From IMG/VR virus record IMGVR_UViG_3300031160_000004: 37,478 nucleotides of DNA; one strand, given 5' to 3'. Below are positions 17,102 to 25,503 of this stretch, piece after piece; the stretch's first letter is position 1, and each line of letters begins with the position of its first letter. The DNA is from a virus. Both the position numbers and the translations under genes were made by a program. The notes beneath the pieces were generated by a model, which saw only the letters and a program-made list of their open reading frames with translations, had not been told where the DNA came from and did no database searches.

Positions 17102-17707
17102 ATGGCAATTGATAATCAAGCAACTAAAGTCATCACCGGGAAAGTACGTCTTTCGTATGCACATATTTGGCAACCGCAATCCATCGACGGCGGGGAAGAA
17201 AAATACAGTTGCTCGATCCTTATCCCGAAATCAGACAAGGAAACACTCCGCAAGATCAAGGCGGCGGTCGACGCAGCCATTGAGCAAGGAAAAAACAGCA
17301 AGTGGGGCGGAAAAATCCCGCCAAACTTGAAAAAGCCGCTCAGGGACGGCGACGAGGAACGCCCGGATGATGAAGCTTATGCAGGACACTATTTTCTCAA
17401 TGCAACAAGCAAGACCAAGCCGGGGATTGCCAAGCCGATTGGCAAGGGACCAGATGGAAAGGTTAAATTCCAAGAAATCACGGATACGACGGAAGTTTAC
17501 TCCGGCTGCTACGCAAAGGTGAGCTTGAATTTCTATCCATTCGACGCGCGGGGTAATCGCGGTGTAGCGGTTGGGCTCAATAACATTGTCAAAGTCCAAG
17601 ACGGCGAACCGTTGGCAGGTCGTGCGAGCGTACAAGAAGAGTTTGCTAACGAAGACTTTGACGACATCGTGGATATTAGCAATGACGATGACGACTTTTT
17701 GAACTAA
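17102..17707 (+). CDS. DUF2815 family, T7 gp2.5-like ssDNA-binding protein
   Basis: VRLSYAHIWQP.., YAKVSLNFYPFD..GNRGVAVGLNNIV, and an acidic tail DISNDDDDFLN. Confidence 0.75.
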   Translation: MAIDNQATKVITGKVRLSYAHIWQPQSIDGGEEKYSCSILIPKSDKETLRKIKAAVDAAIEQGKNSKWGGKIPPNLKKPLRDGDEERPDDEAYAGHYFLNATSKTKPGIAKPIGKGPDGKVKFQEITDTTEVYSGCYAKVSLNFYPFDARGNRGVAVGLNNIVKVQDGEPLAGRASVQEEFANEDFDDIVDISNDDDDFLN

Positions 17708-17716
17708 TTGGCATAT

Positions 17717-17740
17717 AGGGGATTCGGAATTGGATCCCCT
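17717..17740 (+). terminator. Hairpin after the SSB gene (weak or partial terminator)
   Basis: aggggat-N10-atcccct followed by tctctatcc, with only a poor U-tract. Confidence 0.3.
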
Positions 17741-17772
17741 TCTCTATCCAAAGATTCGAGAGGAGAACCAGT

Positions 17773-18099
17773 ATGGGTATAAACGAACTAGTGAAAAAAG
17801 CTCATCAAACGGCAATCGATAAAGGCTGGTATGAAGAGCCGCGGACGTTTGGCGAAGTGATCGCCCTCATGCACTCCGAACTGTCCGAAGCGCTGGAAGA
17901 TTACCGAAACGGCCGCGACATCCGGGAAATCTACTTCGAGGACGAGAAACCGTGTGGCATTCCGATCGAGCTGGCGGATACAGTTATTCGAATCGCAGAT
18001 ACCTGCGGACATTTCGGCATCGACCTCGAAACGGCTATCCAGCTCAAAATGCGGTACAACGCAACGCGGCCGCACAAGCACGGTGGAAAACGGATATGA
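17773..18099 (+). CDS. MazG-like nucleotide pyrophosphohydrolase
   Basis: LMHSELSEALEDYRNG ... ELADTVIRIADTC fits a small all-alpha NTP-PPase pattern. Confidence 0.75.
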   Translation: MGINELVKKAHQTAIDKGWYEEPRTFGEVIALMHSELSEALEDYRNGRDIREIYFEDEKPCGIPIELADTVIRIADTCGHFGIDLETAIQLKMRYNATRPHKHGGKRI

Positions 18100-20057
18100 C
18101 CGTCCTGCAGATTGACCTCGAAACCTATTCCAGCATCGACCTCAAAACCTGCGGCGTGTATCGCTATGTGGAGGCCTCCGATTTCGAGATCCTGCTCTTT
18201 GCCTACGCCTACGACGACGATCCGGTCCAAGTGGTGGATCTGACGGCGTTCGAGGAACTGCCGGAGCAGGTGATGCGGGACCTGACTGATCCTTCCGTCA
18301 TCAAAACCGCATTCAACGCCAATTTCGAGCGGGTTTGTATTGCAAAGCATTTCGGTATTGAGTGCGACCCTCGCCAGTGGCGCTGCACAATGGTTTGGGC
18401 ATCGGCGTTGGGACTGCCTGGGGGCCTGGAAGACGTGGCCGAAGTGTTGGGGCTGGAAGCGAAAAAAGACCAGCGCGGAAAGATGCTGATCAAATATTTC
18501 AGCGTCCCATGCGCCCCGACCAAAGCCAACGGCGGCCGCACCCGGAATTACCCGGAGCACGATCCAGAGAAGTGGCAGCAATTCATAGAGTACAACCGCC
18601 AGGACGTTGTCGTGGAGCGGGAGATCCGGCGCAAGCTTGAGAGGTTTCCGCTACCTAATCACGAATGGGAGCTATGGGCTCTGGATCAGGAAATCAATGA
18701 CCGGGGCGTTCGGCTCGATCCAGTGCTGGTCAAACAAGCCATACGTTGTGATCAACAATATGAGCAGCGGCTGGTCCAAGAAGCGAGGGAGTTGACGGGG
18801 CTTGAAAACCCAAACAGTGTGGCGCAACTAAAAGAATGGCTGGCGGAGCAAGGTCTTGACGCTTCGGAGGGTTTGAATAAAGAGCAAATGCCAATTCTGC
18901 TCGATCAGGCGCCAGACGAGGAGACGCGACGGGTGCTGGAGCTGCGGCAGGAGATGGCAAAGACCAGCGTGGACAAATATCACGCGATGGAGCGCAGTAT
19001 GTGCGCCGACGAACGGGCCCGGGGACTTCTCCAGTTTTGCGGCGCCGGGCGAACATGGCGCTGGGCTGGCCGGCTGATTCAGGTGCAAAACTTACCGCAG
19101 AACAAGATCAAGGACTTGGCGCTTGCCCGGGAAACGCTCCGAAATGGCGATTTCGAGATGCTGGAGATGCTTTTCGGTCCGCCACCGTTCGTCCTGTCGC
19201 AGCTCATACGGACGGCCTTCATTCCGTCGCCAGGTTGCCGGTTCATCGTCGCGGACTTCTCGGCCATCGAGGCGCGCGTGGTTGCTTGGTTGGCTGACGA
19301 GCACTGGGTGCTCGATGTGTTTCGCGATCACGGAAAGATTTACGAAGCAACGGCGGCTATGATGTTCAAGGTGCCGCTCGAGACGATCACCAAGGGACAT
19401 CCGAACTATGAGTTGCGCGCGAAGGGGAAAGTCGCAACACTCGCCTGTGGATATCAAGGCGGACCGAACGCTCTAATTGCCATGGGGGCGCTCAAAAGCG
19501 GTATACCGGAAGACGAACTGCCCGGACTCGTCAAACAGTGGCGGGAAGCCAACCCGAACATCGTCCGACTGTGGTCCGACGCCGAGGAAGCCGCCATCCG
19601 GGCCGTCCGCGAGAAAACCACCGTACCGCTCAAGCACGGCGTCCGGTACCGCTACGCACCGGGATACCTGTTCGCGGATCTGCCCAGCGGCCGGAGTCTC
19701 GCATACAAAAACCCGCGCATCAAACCGGACCCGAATTTCGGCAAGGACGGCCTCGTGTTCGACGGCATGGACCAAGTCAAGAAGAAATGGATGTCGCACC
19801 GTACGTATGGCGGCCGGCTCGTGGAAAACCTGGTCCAGGCCATCGCCCGGGACTGTCTGGCTGTTGCGCTAACTAGGTTGGATGCGCTCGGGTATGACAT
19901 CGTCATGCACGTCCATGACGAGGTTGTGTTGGATGTTCCGATCGGATTTGGCTCCGTGGAAGAGGTTACGGAGACCATGAGTCAGCCGATCAACTGGGCG
20001 CCGGGTCTGCCGCTTGCGGCGGCAGGCTTTGAATGTGAATTCTATCAGAAGGATTGA
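18096..20057 (+). CDS. Family A DNA polymerase with 3'-5' exonuclease domain
   Basis: MTVLQIDLETYS (Exo I) at ATG 18096, which overlaps the MazG stop (ATGA). Motifs FIVADFSAIEARV and ACGYQGG; HVHDEVV (motif C). Confidence 0.9.
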   Translation: MTVLQIDLETYSSIDLKTCGVYRYVEASDFEILLFAYAYDDDPVQVVDLTAFEELPEQVMRDLTDPSVIKTAFNANFERVCIAKHFGIECDPRQWRCTMVWASALGLPGGLEDVAEVLGLEAKKDQRGKMLIKYFSVPCAPTKANGGRTRNYPEHDPEKWQQFIEYNRQDVVVEREIRRKLERFPLPNHEWELWALDQEINDRGVRLDPVLVKQAIRCDQQYEQRLVQEARELTGLENPNSVAQLKEWLAEQGLDASEGLNKEQMPILLDQAPDEETRRVLELRQEMAKTSVDKYHAMERSMCADERARGLLQFCGAGRTWRWAGRLIQVQNLPQNKIKDLALARETLRNGDFEMLEMLFGPPPFVLSQLIRTAFIPSPGCRFIVADFSAIEARVVAWLADEHWVLDVFRDHGKIYEATAAMMFKVPLETITKGHPNYELRAKGKVATLACGYQGGPNALIAMGALKSGIPEDELPGLVKQWREANPNIVRLWSDAEEAAIRAVREKTTVPLKHGVRYRYAPGYLFADLPSGRSLAYKNPRIKPDPNFGKDGLVFDGMDQVKKKWMSHRTYGGRLVENLVQAIARDCLAVALTRLDALGYDIVMHVHDEVVLDVPIGFGSVEEVTETMSQPINWAPGLPLAAAGFECEFYQKD

Positions 20058-20061
20058 TTAA

Positions 20062-20220
20062 ATGAGGCAGATCGATCTTTTCGCCGGCATCGGCGGGATC
20101 AGCTTGGCGGCGGAGTGGGCCGGCATTGAGACGGTCGCTTTTTGCGAGAAAGAGCCGTTCGCGCAAAAGGTACTGCGCCGCCGCTTCAGGCGCTGCCTAT
20201 TTTGTACGGTATTCGCGTGA
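20062..20220 (+). pseudogene. Truncated C5 cytosine DNA methyltransferase (Dcm-type) remnant, 52 codons
   Basis: MRQIDLFAGIGGISLAAEWAGIETVAFCEKEPFAQKVLRRRF matches the N-terminus and motif I (F-x-G-x-G) of C5-MTases. The ORF then diverges and stops. No PCQ/ENV motifs appear anywhere downstream. Confidence 0.75.
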
Positions 20221-20254
20221 TTCATGAATTTCTTCTGAAAGGAGGGCGCTTATT

Positions 20255-21634
20255 TTGAACTCATACGAATCCTTCATCCAAAGCAAACGTGCCACGATGC
20301 CACCGGTCGGCCTCCACGTCGACCGGGATGCACTCCATCCCAGCTTGTTCGACTTCCAGCGCGATATCGTTCGCTGGGCGCTCAGGCGGGGCCGGGCGGC
20401 GATATTCGCCGGTACAGGACTCGGCAAAACGAGAATGCAAACGGAATGGGCCATGCACATTCACCGCCTGACCGGTGGTGACGTGCTTATGCTCGCCCCG
20501 CTGGCGGTCGCTGCGCAAACAGTACGTGAGGCCGCAGAGCTGGGGTACGAAATCACGATATGTCGGAGTCAGGACGACGTCCGGCCTGGGCTCAACATCA
20601 CGAACTACGAAATGTTGCACAACTTCGAACCGGTTTTCTTCGAAGGCGTCGTGCTGGACGAAAGCTCAATCCTCAAATCATTTACGGGTAAGATCCGAAC
20701 CCAGCTGATTGAGATGTTCGCCTCCACACCATATCGGCTCGCCTGCACGGCGACGCCGGCACCGAACGACTTCATGGAGCTCGGCAACCATGCGGAATTC
20801 CTGGGCGTCATGAGCCGGACGGAAATGCTCTCCATGTTCTTCGTTCACGACGGCGGCGAAACGCAGAAATGGCGCCTGAAAGGCCATGCGGAAGATGCGT
20901 TCTGGAAGTGGGTGGCCTCTTGGGGTGTCATGCTCGAAAAACCGTCCGATCTCGGATACCCGGATGACGGATATATCCTGCCGCCGTTGAACGTGCAGGA
21001 CGTCGTGATCGACGTAGGCGGAGAGCCTGCCAAGACGCTGTCGCAGCGGCAGCGGGCGCGCCGGGAGACTGTTGCCGAACGGGTGGCGGCTTGCGCAGAG
21101 ATCGTCAACGCGACGGATCGGCCGTTCCTCGTCTGGTGCGACCTGAACGTCGAATCGGAGATGCTGGCGGCGGCCATCCCGGGCGCTGTCGAGGTGAAGG
21201 GGAGCGACAAGCCGGCGTTCAAAGAACAGGCAATGCTCGACTTCGCCGCCGGCAAAATCCGCGTGCTGGTCACAAAACCCTCAATCGCCGGATTCGGGAT
21301 GAACTGGCAACATTGCGCCGATATGGCGTTTGTCGGGCTCTCGGACAGCTTCGAGCAGGTCTTTCAGGCGATCCGGCGGTGTTACCGGTTCGGACAGACG
21401 CGGCCGGTCAACGTGTATATGATCACATCCAGCCGAGAGGGCGCCACGGCTGAGAATATCAAGCGAAAAGAAGCCGACTTCCGCCGGATGGTTGAGGAAA
21501 TGGTCAAGTACACCAAGGATATCACGTCGGAAGCAATCCGTTCCACAGAACGAGACGTAACCGAATATGAGCCAACACGTACGATCATCATCCCGTCGTG
21601 GTTAAGGAGTGAGACGTTTGCAGCAACAGGTTAA
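20255..21634 (+). CDS. SF2 (SNF2/DEAD-like) helicase paired with the downstream methyltransferase
   Basis: TTG start with an AAGGAGG RBS. Motif I AGTGLGKT, motif II VLDESS, motif III CTATPAPN, C-terminal QAIRRCYRFGQ. Confidence 0.8.
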   Translation: MNSYESFIQSKRATMPPVGLHVDRDALHPSLFDFQRDIVRWALRRGRAAIFAGTGLGKTRMQTEWAMHIHRLTGGDVLMLAPLAVAAQTVREAAELGYEITICRSQDDVRPGLNITNYEMLHNFEPVFFEGVVLDESSILKSFTGKIRTQLIEMFASTPYRLACTATPAPNDFMELGNHAEFLGVMSRTEMLSMFFVHDGGETQKWRLKGHAEDAFWKWVASWGVMLEKPSDLGYPDDGYILPPLNVQDVVIDVGGEPAKTLSQRQRARRETVAERVAACAEIVNATDRPFLVWCDLNVESEMLAAAIPGAVEVKGSDKPAFKEQAMLDFAAGKIRVLVTKPSIAGFGMNWQHCADMAFVGLSDSFEQVFQAIRRCYRFGQTRPVNVYMITSSREGATAENIKRKEADFRRMVEEMVKYTKDITSEAIRSTERDVTEYEPTRTIIIPSWLRSETFAATG

Positions 21635-22604
21635 AGCGATTGATCAAGTCATCGAGTCTGACTTTGCCATATACAACGGTGACTGCGTGGAGATCACACG
21701 CGGTCTGCCGGACAATAGTATTCACTATTCCATCTTTTCGCCACCATTTGCTTCGCTGTACACCTATTCAAACAGCGACCGGGACATGGGGAATTGCCGA
21801 AGCGATGAGGAGTTTTTCGAGCACTTCCGCTTCCTCATCCGGGAATTATACCGAGTTATGATCCCCGGGCGGCTCGTGAGCTTTCACTGCATGAACCTGC
21901 CGACGTCGAAAGCCCATCATGGATACATCGGCATCCGGGATTTCCGCGGCGACTTGATCCGCGCGTTCGAGGCGGAAGGGTTCATTTACCACTCCGAGGT
22001 CTGCATCTGGAAAGACCCTGTAGTCGCCCAGCAACGAACCAAGGCGCTCGGACTGTTGCACAAGCAACTCGTCAAAGACAGCGCGATGAGCCGACAAGGC
22101 ATTCCGGATTACCTCGTGACGATGCGGAAACCCGGCATCAATCCGGAGCCGATCGCCGGCATGCTGGAGGAATTCATTGGCGAAGGGCTGGACGTCAGTC
22201 GAGAAGCCTACGAGAGACACGCCGAAAAAGTCCGGGCGGAAGGCCGGGAGCCGTGGCCGTTCGAAATGTGGCGGAGCGTGTTCATCTGGCAGAAATACGC
22301 AAGTCCGGTCTGGATGGACATCCGGGAAACGAATACGTTGCAGTACAAGTCCGCTCGGGATGAGAAGGACGAAAAGCACATCTGCCCGCTGCAGCTTGAC
22401 GTCATCGCCCGGGGCGTGGAGCTGTGGAGCAACCCAGGGGACATCGTATTCAGCCCGTTTGCCGGAATCGGGTCGGAAGGGTATCAGGCGATCAAAATGG
22501 GCCGCCGGTTTGTCGGGATCGAGCTCAAGGAGAGTTACTACCGGGTGGCCGTGAACAATCTGCGAATGGCTGTTCAGGAAGCATTCGACGAACTGCTGGG
22601 GTGA
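21618..22604 (+). CDS. Beta-class N4-C/N6-A DNA methyltransferase; the SPPF motif suggests m4C
   Basis: Motif IV IFSPPFASLY is N-terminal and motif I FSPFAGIGSEG is C-terminal. TTG 21618 after an AAGGAG RBS (track start is GTG 21609). It overlaps the helicase 3' end by 17 nt. Confidence 0.8.
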   Translation: MQQQVKAIDQVIESDFAIYNGDCVEITRGLPDNSIHYSIFSPPFASLYTYSNSDRDMGNCRSDEEFFEHFRFLIRELYRVMIPGRLVSFHCMNLPTSKAHHGYIGIRDFRGDLIRAFEAEGFIYHSEVCIWKDPVVAQQRTKALGLLHKQLVKDSAMSRQGIPDYLVTMRKPGINPEPIAGMLEEFIGEGLDVSREAYERHAEKVRAEGREPWPFEMWRSVFIWQKYASPVWMDIRETNTLQYKSARDEKDEKHICPLQLDVIARGVELWSNPGDIVFSPFAGIGSEGYQAIKMGRRFVGIELKESYYRVAVNNLRMAVQEAFDELLG

Positions 22605-22614
22605 GGTGAATCCC

Positions 22615-24954
22615 ATGGAACTGGACATTAGTTTTGGCAAACACCGAGCCGACACGAACTGGAAAGTCGAATACCTCACCTGGGACGAATTTGTCGAACG
22701 GCTGCGGAAGGTCCGCCGGACGAACGAAACAATGGCACAGTACGACCGGATGAGCGTCGCGGCCAAATTCCGGGTCAAGGATGGGCCCGCCTTCGTGGGC
22801 GGGTTCATCCGCGGTGGCCGGCGGAAGATCGAAAATGTCGAATCTCGCAGTCTGATCACGCTCGACGCCGATCATGCGGATGACGATTTCCTGTTCACCG
22901 CCGAGCTTGTCCTGGGCGGGCGCGCTTACGTTGTCTATTCTTCGCACAGTCACCGACCGGATAAACCGCGGTACCGGCTCGTCGCTCCGGCAAACCGCAG
23001 GATGAGCCTGGACGAGTATGCCGCTGTCAGCCGCAAGATCGCCGATCAGATCGGTATGACCTACTTCGACAAAACGACGTTCCAGGCCAACCGACTTATG
23101 TATTTGCCGAGTTGTTCCAAAGACGCCGATCCGGTTTTAGAAGTCTATGAGGGTGATCCGATCGACGTCGACGCGGTGCTGGCGGAATACGACGACTGGA
23201 CAGACGTTATGAGCTGGCCGCGGCATCCAGAGGAGAAGAGGGCGCACAAAACAGCCACGAACAAAGCGGAGGATCCGCGAACGAAGCGCGGCATTATCGG
23301 CCTGTTCTGTCGGGCGTTCACGATCGAGGAAGGGATCGAGACTTTTCTTTCCGACGTGTACGTCCCAGGGACGCAGCCGCACCGGTACACCTACGTCCAC
23401 GGCACCAGCGCAAACGGACTGCAGGTGTATCCGGATCAGGAACTCGCCTATTCGCACCAGGACAGCGACCCGGTGGCTGACGGCCGGACGTATAACCTGT
23501 TTGACCTCGTGCGGGTGCACAAGTTCGGCCATTTGGACGAGAACGTAAAAGACCATACGCCGGACGCGAAAAAGCCAAGCTGCCTTGCCATGGAGCGTTG
23601 GGCGGCCGAACTGCCAGAAGTGAAAAAGCTCATTGTCGCCGAACGCCAAGCCGAATTTTCCGAAATGGCGGAGGAATTCGACGAGGACGAAGAGGATGAC
23701 CCGGACTGGGAATCAAAACTCGAAGTACATCCAAAAACCGGTCTACCGCTGCCAACGGCCGGCAACGTGGAGCTGATCCTGACGCACGGCCCCTGGCGCG
23801 GCGTGCTGGCGTATGACGCGTTCGGGAATACGGAGGTCATCCGGAAGCCGCTGCCGTGGCGGGATCGGGAACGGCCGAATCGGGAATACGAACCATGGCT
23901 GGCCGCCGACGATAAGCGGCTCCAGCACTGGTTCGCGAAGGTGTACGGCATCCAGTCCGCACGGCTCATCCAAAACGCCTTTACGGAGGTCGCCCACAAA
24001 AACGCCTTTCACCCGATCAAAAAGTACATCGAAAGCCACACTTGGGACGGCGTGCCGCGTGCGGAACGGATCTTCATCACGTACCTGGGCGCCTCGGACA
24101 CGCACTACGTGCGCCAGGTGACGCGGAAGATGCTGCTTGCGGCCGTGACGCGACTGTACCGGCCCGGGTGCAAGTTTGACCAGATGCTCGTCCTGATCGG
24201 GCCACAGGGGGCCGGGAAGAGCAGCTTGCTGGCGAAGCTGGGCCGGGAATGGTTCTCGGATTCCTTGCGGACATTCGAAAACAAAGAGGCCGGCGAGCAT
24301 CTCCAATCAGGATGGATCTTTGAGATTGGCGAGCTGTCGGCCATGAAAAAGTCCGAGGTCGAGGAGGTCAAGGCGTTTCTCTCAAAGACCGAGGACCGCT
24401 ATCGTGTGGCTTACGACCGGCAGGTGTCGGAGTTCCCGCGGAAGTGCGTCTTTTTCGGTACGACGAATACCCGGGATTTCCTACGAGACACGACTGGTAA
24501 TCGACGCTTTTGGCCGGTAGAGATCGACCCGGAAAACGCGGAAAAAAACCACTGGGAGCACTTGACTGACAAACTGGTCGGGCAAATCTGGGCGGAAGTT
24601 TTAACGTGGTTCAGGGCGGGCGAAGGCCTCGAACTTGACACGGAAGCCCGCGCGGAGGCGGAGCGGCAACAAGCGGCACACACGGAGAGCGATCCGCGGG
24701 AGGGCCTCATCATGGAATGGCTGGAATCCGAAGAACTCGACGAAATGGACCGGCCAACGGGCCAAAAACGGCAGCGCGTCTGTGCGGCCCAGATATGGGT
24801 GGAGTGTTTCGGAAAGCGCCGAGGTGATATGAGGCCGTGGGAGGCGAAAGAGATCATGGACATCATGCGACGAATTCCGGGATGGGTTGAAAGAAAAGGA
24901 AAGGCGAAAATGCCAGGTTATGGCGTTCAGAGAGTGTTTGAACGGTTGCCGTAA
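22615..24954 (+). CDS. Primase/helicase, VirE family (VirE_N + P-loop VirE domain)
   Basis: ITLDADHADDDF..YVVYSSHSH..PRYRLV (VirE_N-like). Walker A GPQGAGKSS. FFGTTN..FLRDTTGNRRFWPV. ATG 22615 with a GAGGTG RBS (track start is GTG 22606). Confidence 0.85.
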   Translation: MELDISFGKHRADTNWKVEYLTWDEFVERLRKVRRTNETMAQYDRMSVAAKFRVKDGPAFVGGFIRGGRRKIENVESRSLITLDADHADDDFLFTAELVLGGRAYVVYSSHSHRPDKPRYRLVAPANRRMSLDEYAAVSRKIADQIGMTYFDKTTFQANRLMYLPSCSKDADPVLEVYEGDPIDVDAVLAEYDDWTDVMSWPRHPEEKRAHKTATNKAEDPRTKRGIIGLFCRAFTIEEGIETFLSDVYVPGTQPHRYTYVHGTSANGLQVYPDQELAYSHQDSDPVADGRTYNLFDLVRVHKFGHLDENVKDHTPDAKKPSCLAMERWAAELPEVKKLIVAERQAEFSEMAEEFDEDEEDDPDWESKLEVHPKTGLPLPTAGNVELILTHGPWRGVLAYDAFGNTEVIRKPLPWRDRERPNREYEPWLAADDKRLQHWFAKVYGIQSARLIQNAFTEVAHKNAFHPIKKYIESHTWDGVPRAERIFITYLGASDTHYVRQVTRKMLLAAVTRLYRPGCKFDQMLVLIGPQGAGKSSLLAKLGREWFSDSLRTFENKEAGEHLQSGWIFEIGELSAMKKSEVEEVKAFLSKTEDRYRVAYDRQVSEFPRKCVFFGTTNTRDFLRDTTGNRRFWPVEIDPENAEKNHWEHLTDKLVGQIWAEVLTWFRAGEGLELDTEARAEAERQQAAHTESDPREGLIMEWLESEELDEMDRPTGQKRQRVCAAQIWVECFGKRRGDMRPWEAKEIMDIMRRIPGWVERKGKAKMPGYGVQRVFERLP

Positions 24955-25207
24955 CAGGTTGCCGGATGGGTTGTCGTGGTTGCCGCGAACCATTGCCTTT
25001 GTTGCCAAAAGGTTGCCGTAAAAATGGCTTTTACGGCAACCGCAAAAACCTTGTAATATAACGGTTTATCCTATTTAGTTGCCGTAGTTGCCTTACTTTT
25101 TAAAAGAAATAAAAAGTATATGAATAACCCTATGTTGCACAGATGCAAAAGTAGGTTAAATGACAATTTAAAGAGTACGCGCGCGTGCGCGTAAACTAGG
25201 CAACCGG
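24944..25207. repeat. Putative replication origin: GGTTGCCG iteron array + 13-bp perfect hairpin + AT-rich tract
   Basis: Exact GGTTGCCG at 24944, 24957, 24978 and 25011. Degenerate copies at 24969, 24991, 25000, 25077 and 25086. Inverted copies at 25034-25041 and 25199-25206. Inverted repeat ggttgccgtaaaa/ttttacggcaacc at 25011-25041. AT-rich tract about 25094-25175. Confidence 0.6.
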
Positions 25208-25221
25208 AAAAGGAGGCAAAA

Positions 25222-25503
25222 ATGCGAGAGTCTGCACTTGAACAACGATTGGTTCGTGAGGTCGAACGGTTGGGCGGCCGGGCGCCGAAATGGTCCAGTC
25301 CCGGAAACCGCGGAGTGCCGGATCGGATTGTCCTGTTGCCTGGTGGCCGGACAGTATTCGTTGAGATGAAGGCGCCAGGGGAGCGTCCCGAGCCGTTACA
25401 GGAGAAATGGGCGAGGGAGCTGCGGAAGTTGGGGCATCAGGTTTACGTGATAGATTCGCATGAAGGAATCGACCGGTTTATACGGGAGGTGGCCGGTGGG
25501 TGA
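25222..25503 (+). CDS. VRR-NUC domain nuclease
   Basis: GVPDRIVLLPGGRTVFVEMKAPGERP..QEKW fits a PD-(D/E)XK core. AAAGGAGG RBS. Confidence 0.8.
   Translation: MRESALEQRLVREVERLGGRAPKWSSPGNRGVPDRIVLLPGGRTVFVEMKAPGERPEPLQEKWARELRKLGHQVYVIDSHEGIDRFIREVAGG

Noticed and set aside
17952-18095. The N-terminal 48-codon extension of the DNA polymerase ORF as listed in the track.
   Set aside because: The extension overlaps the MazG gene in another frame and is Arg-rich nonsense. ATG 18096 gives the conserved MTVLQIDLETYS Exo I start and an ATGA overlap with the MazG stop.
20255-22604. The helicase and methyltransferase pair considered as a Type III (Res/Mod) or other restriction system.
   Set aside because: The helicase is half the size of Res proteins and has no PD-(D/E)XK or other nuclease motif. 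The gene order and phage replication context fit an orphan protective methyltransferase better.
24944-25100. The GGTTGCCG repeat cluster considered as a CRISPR array or mini-array.
   Set aside because: The repeats are only 8 bp long, irregularly spaced at 5-25 bp and in mixed orientation. There are no cas genes and no leader. The pattern fits iterons, not CRISPR.
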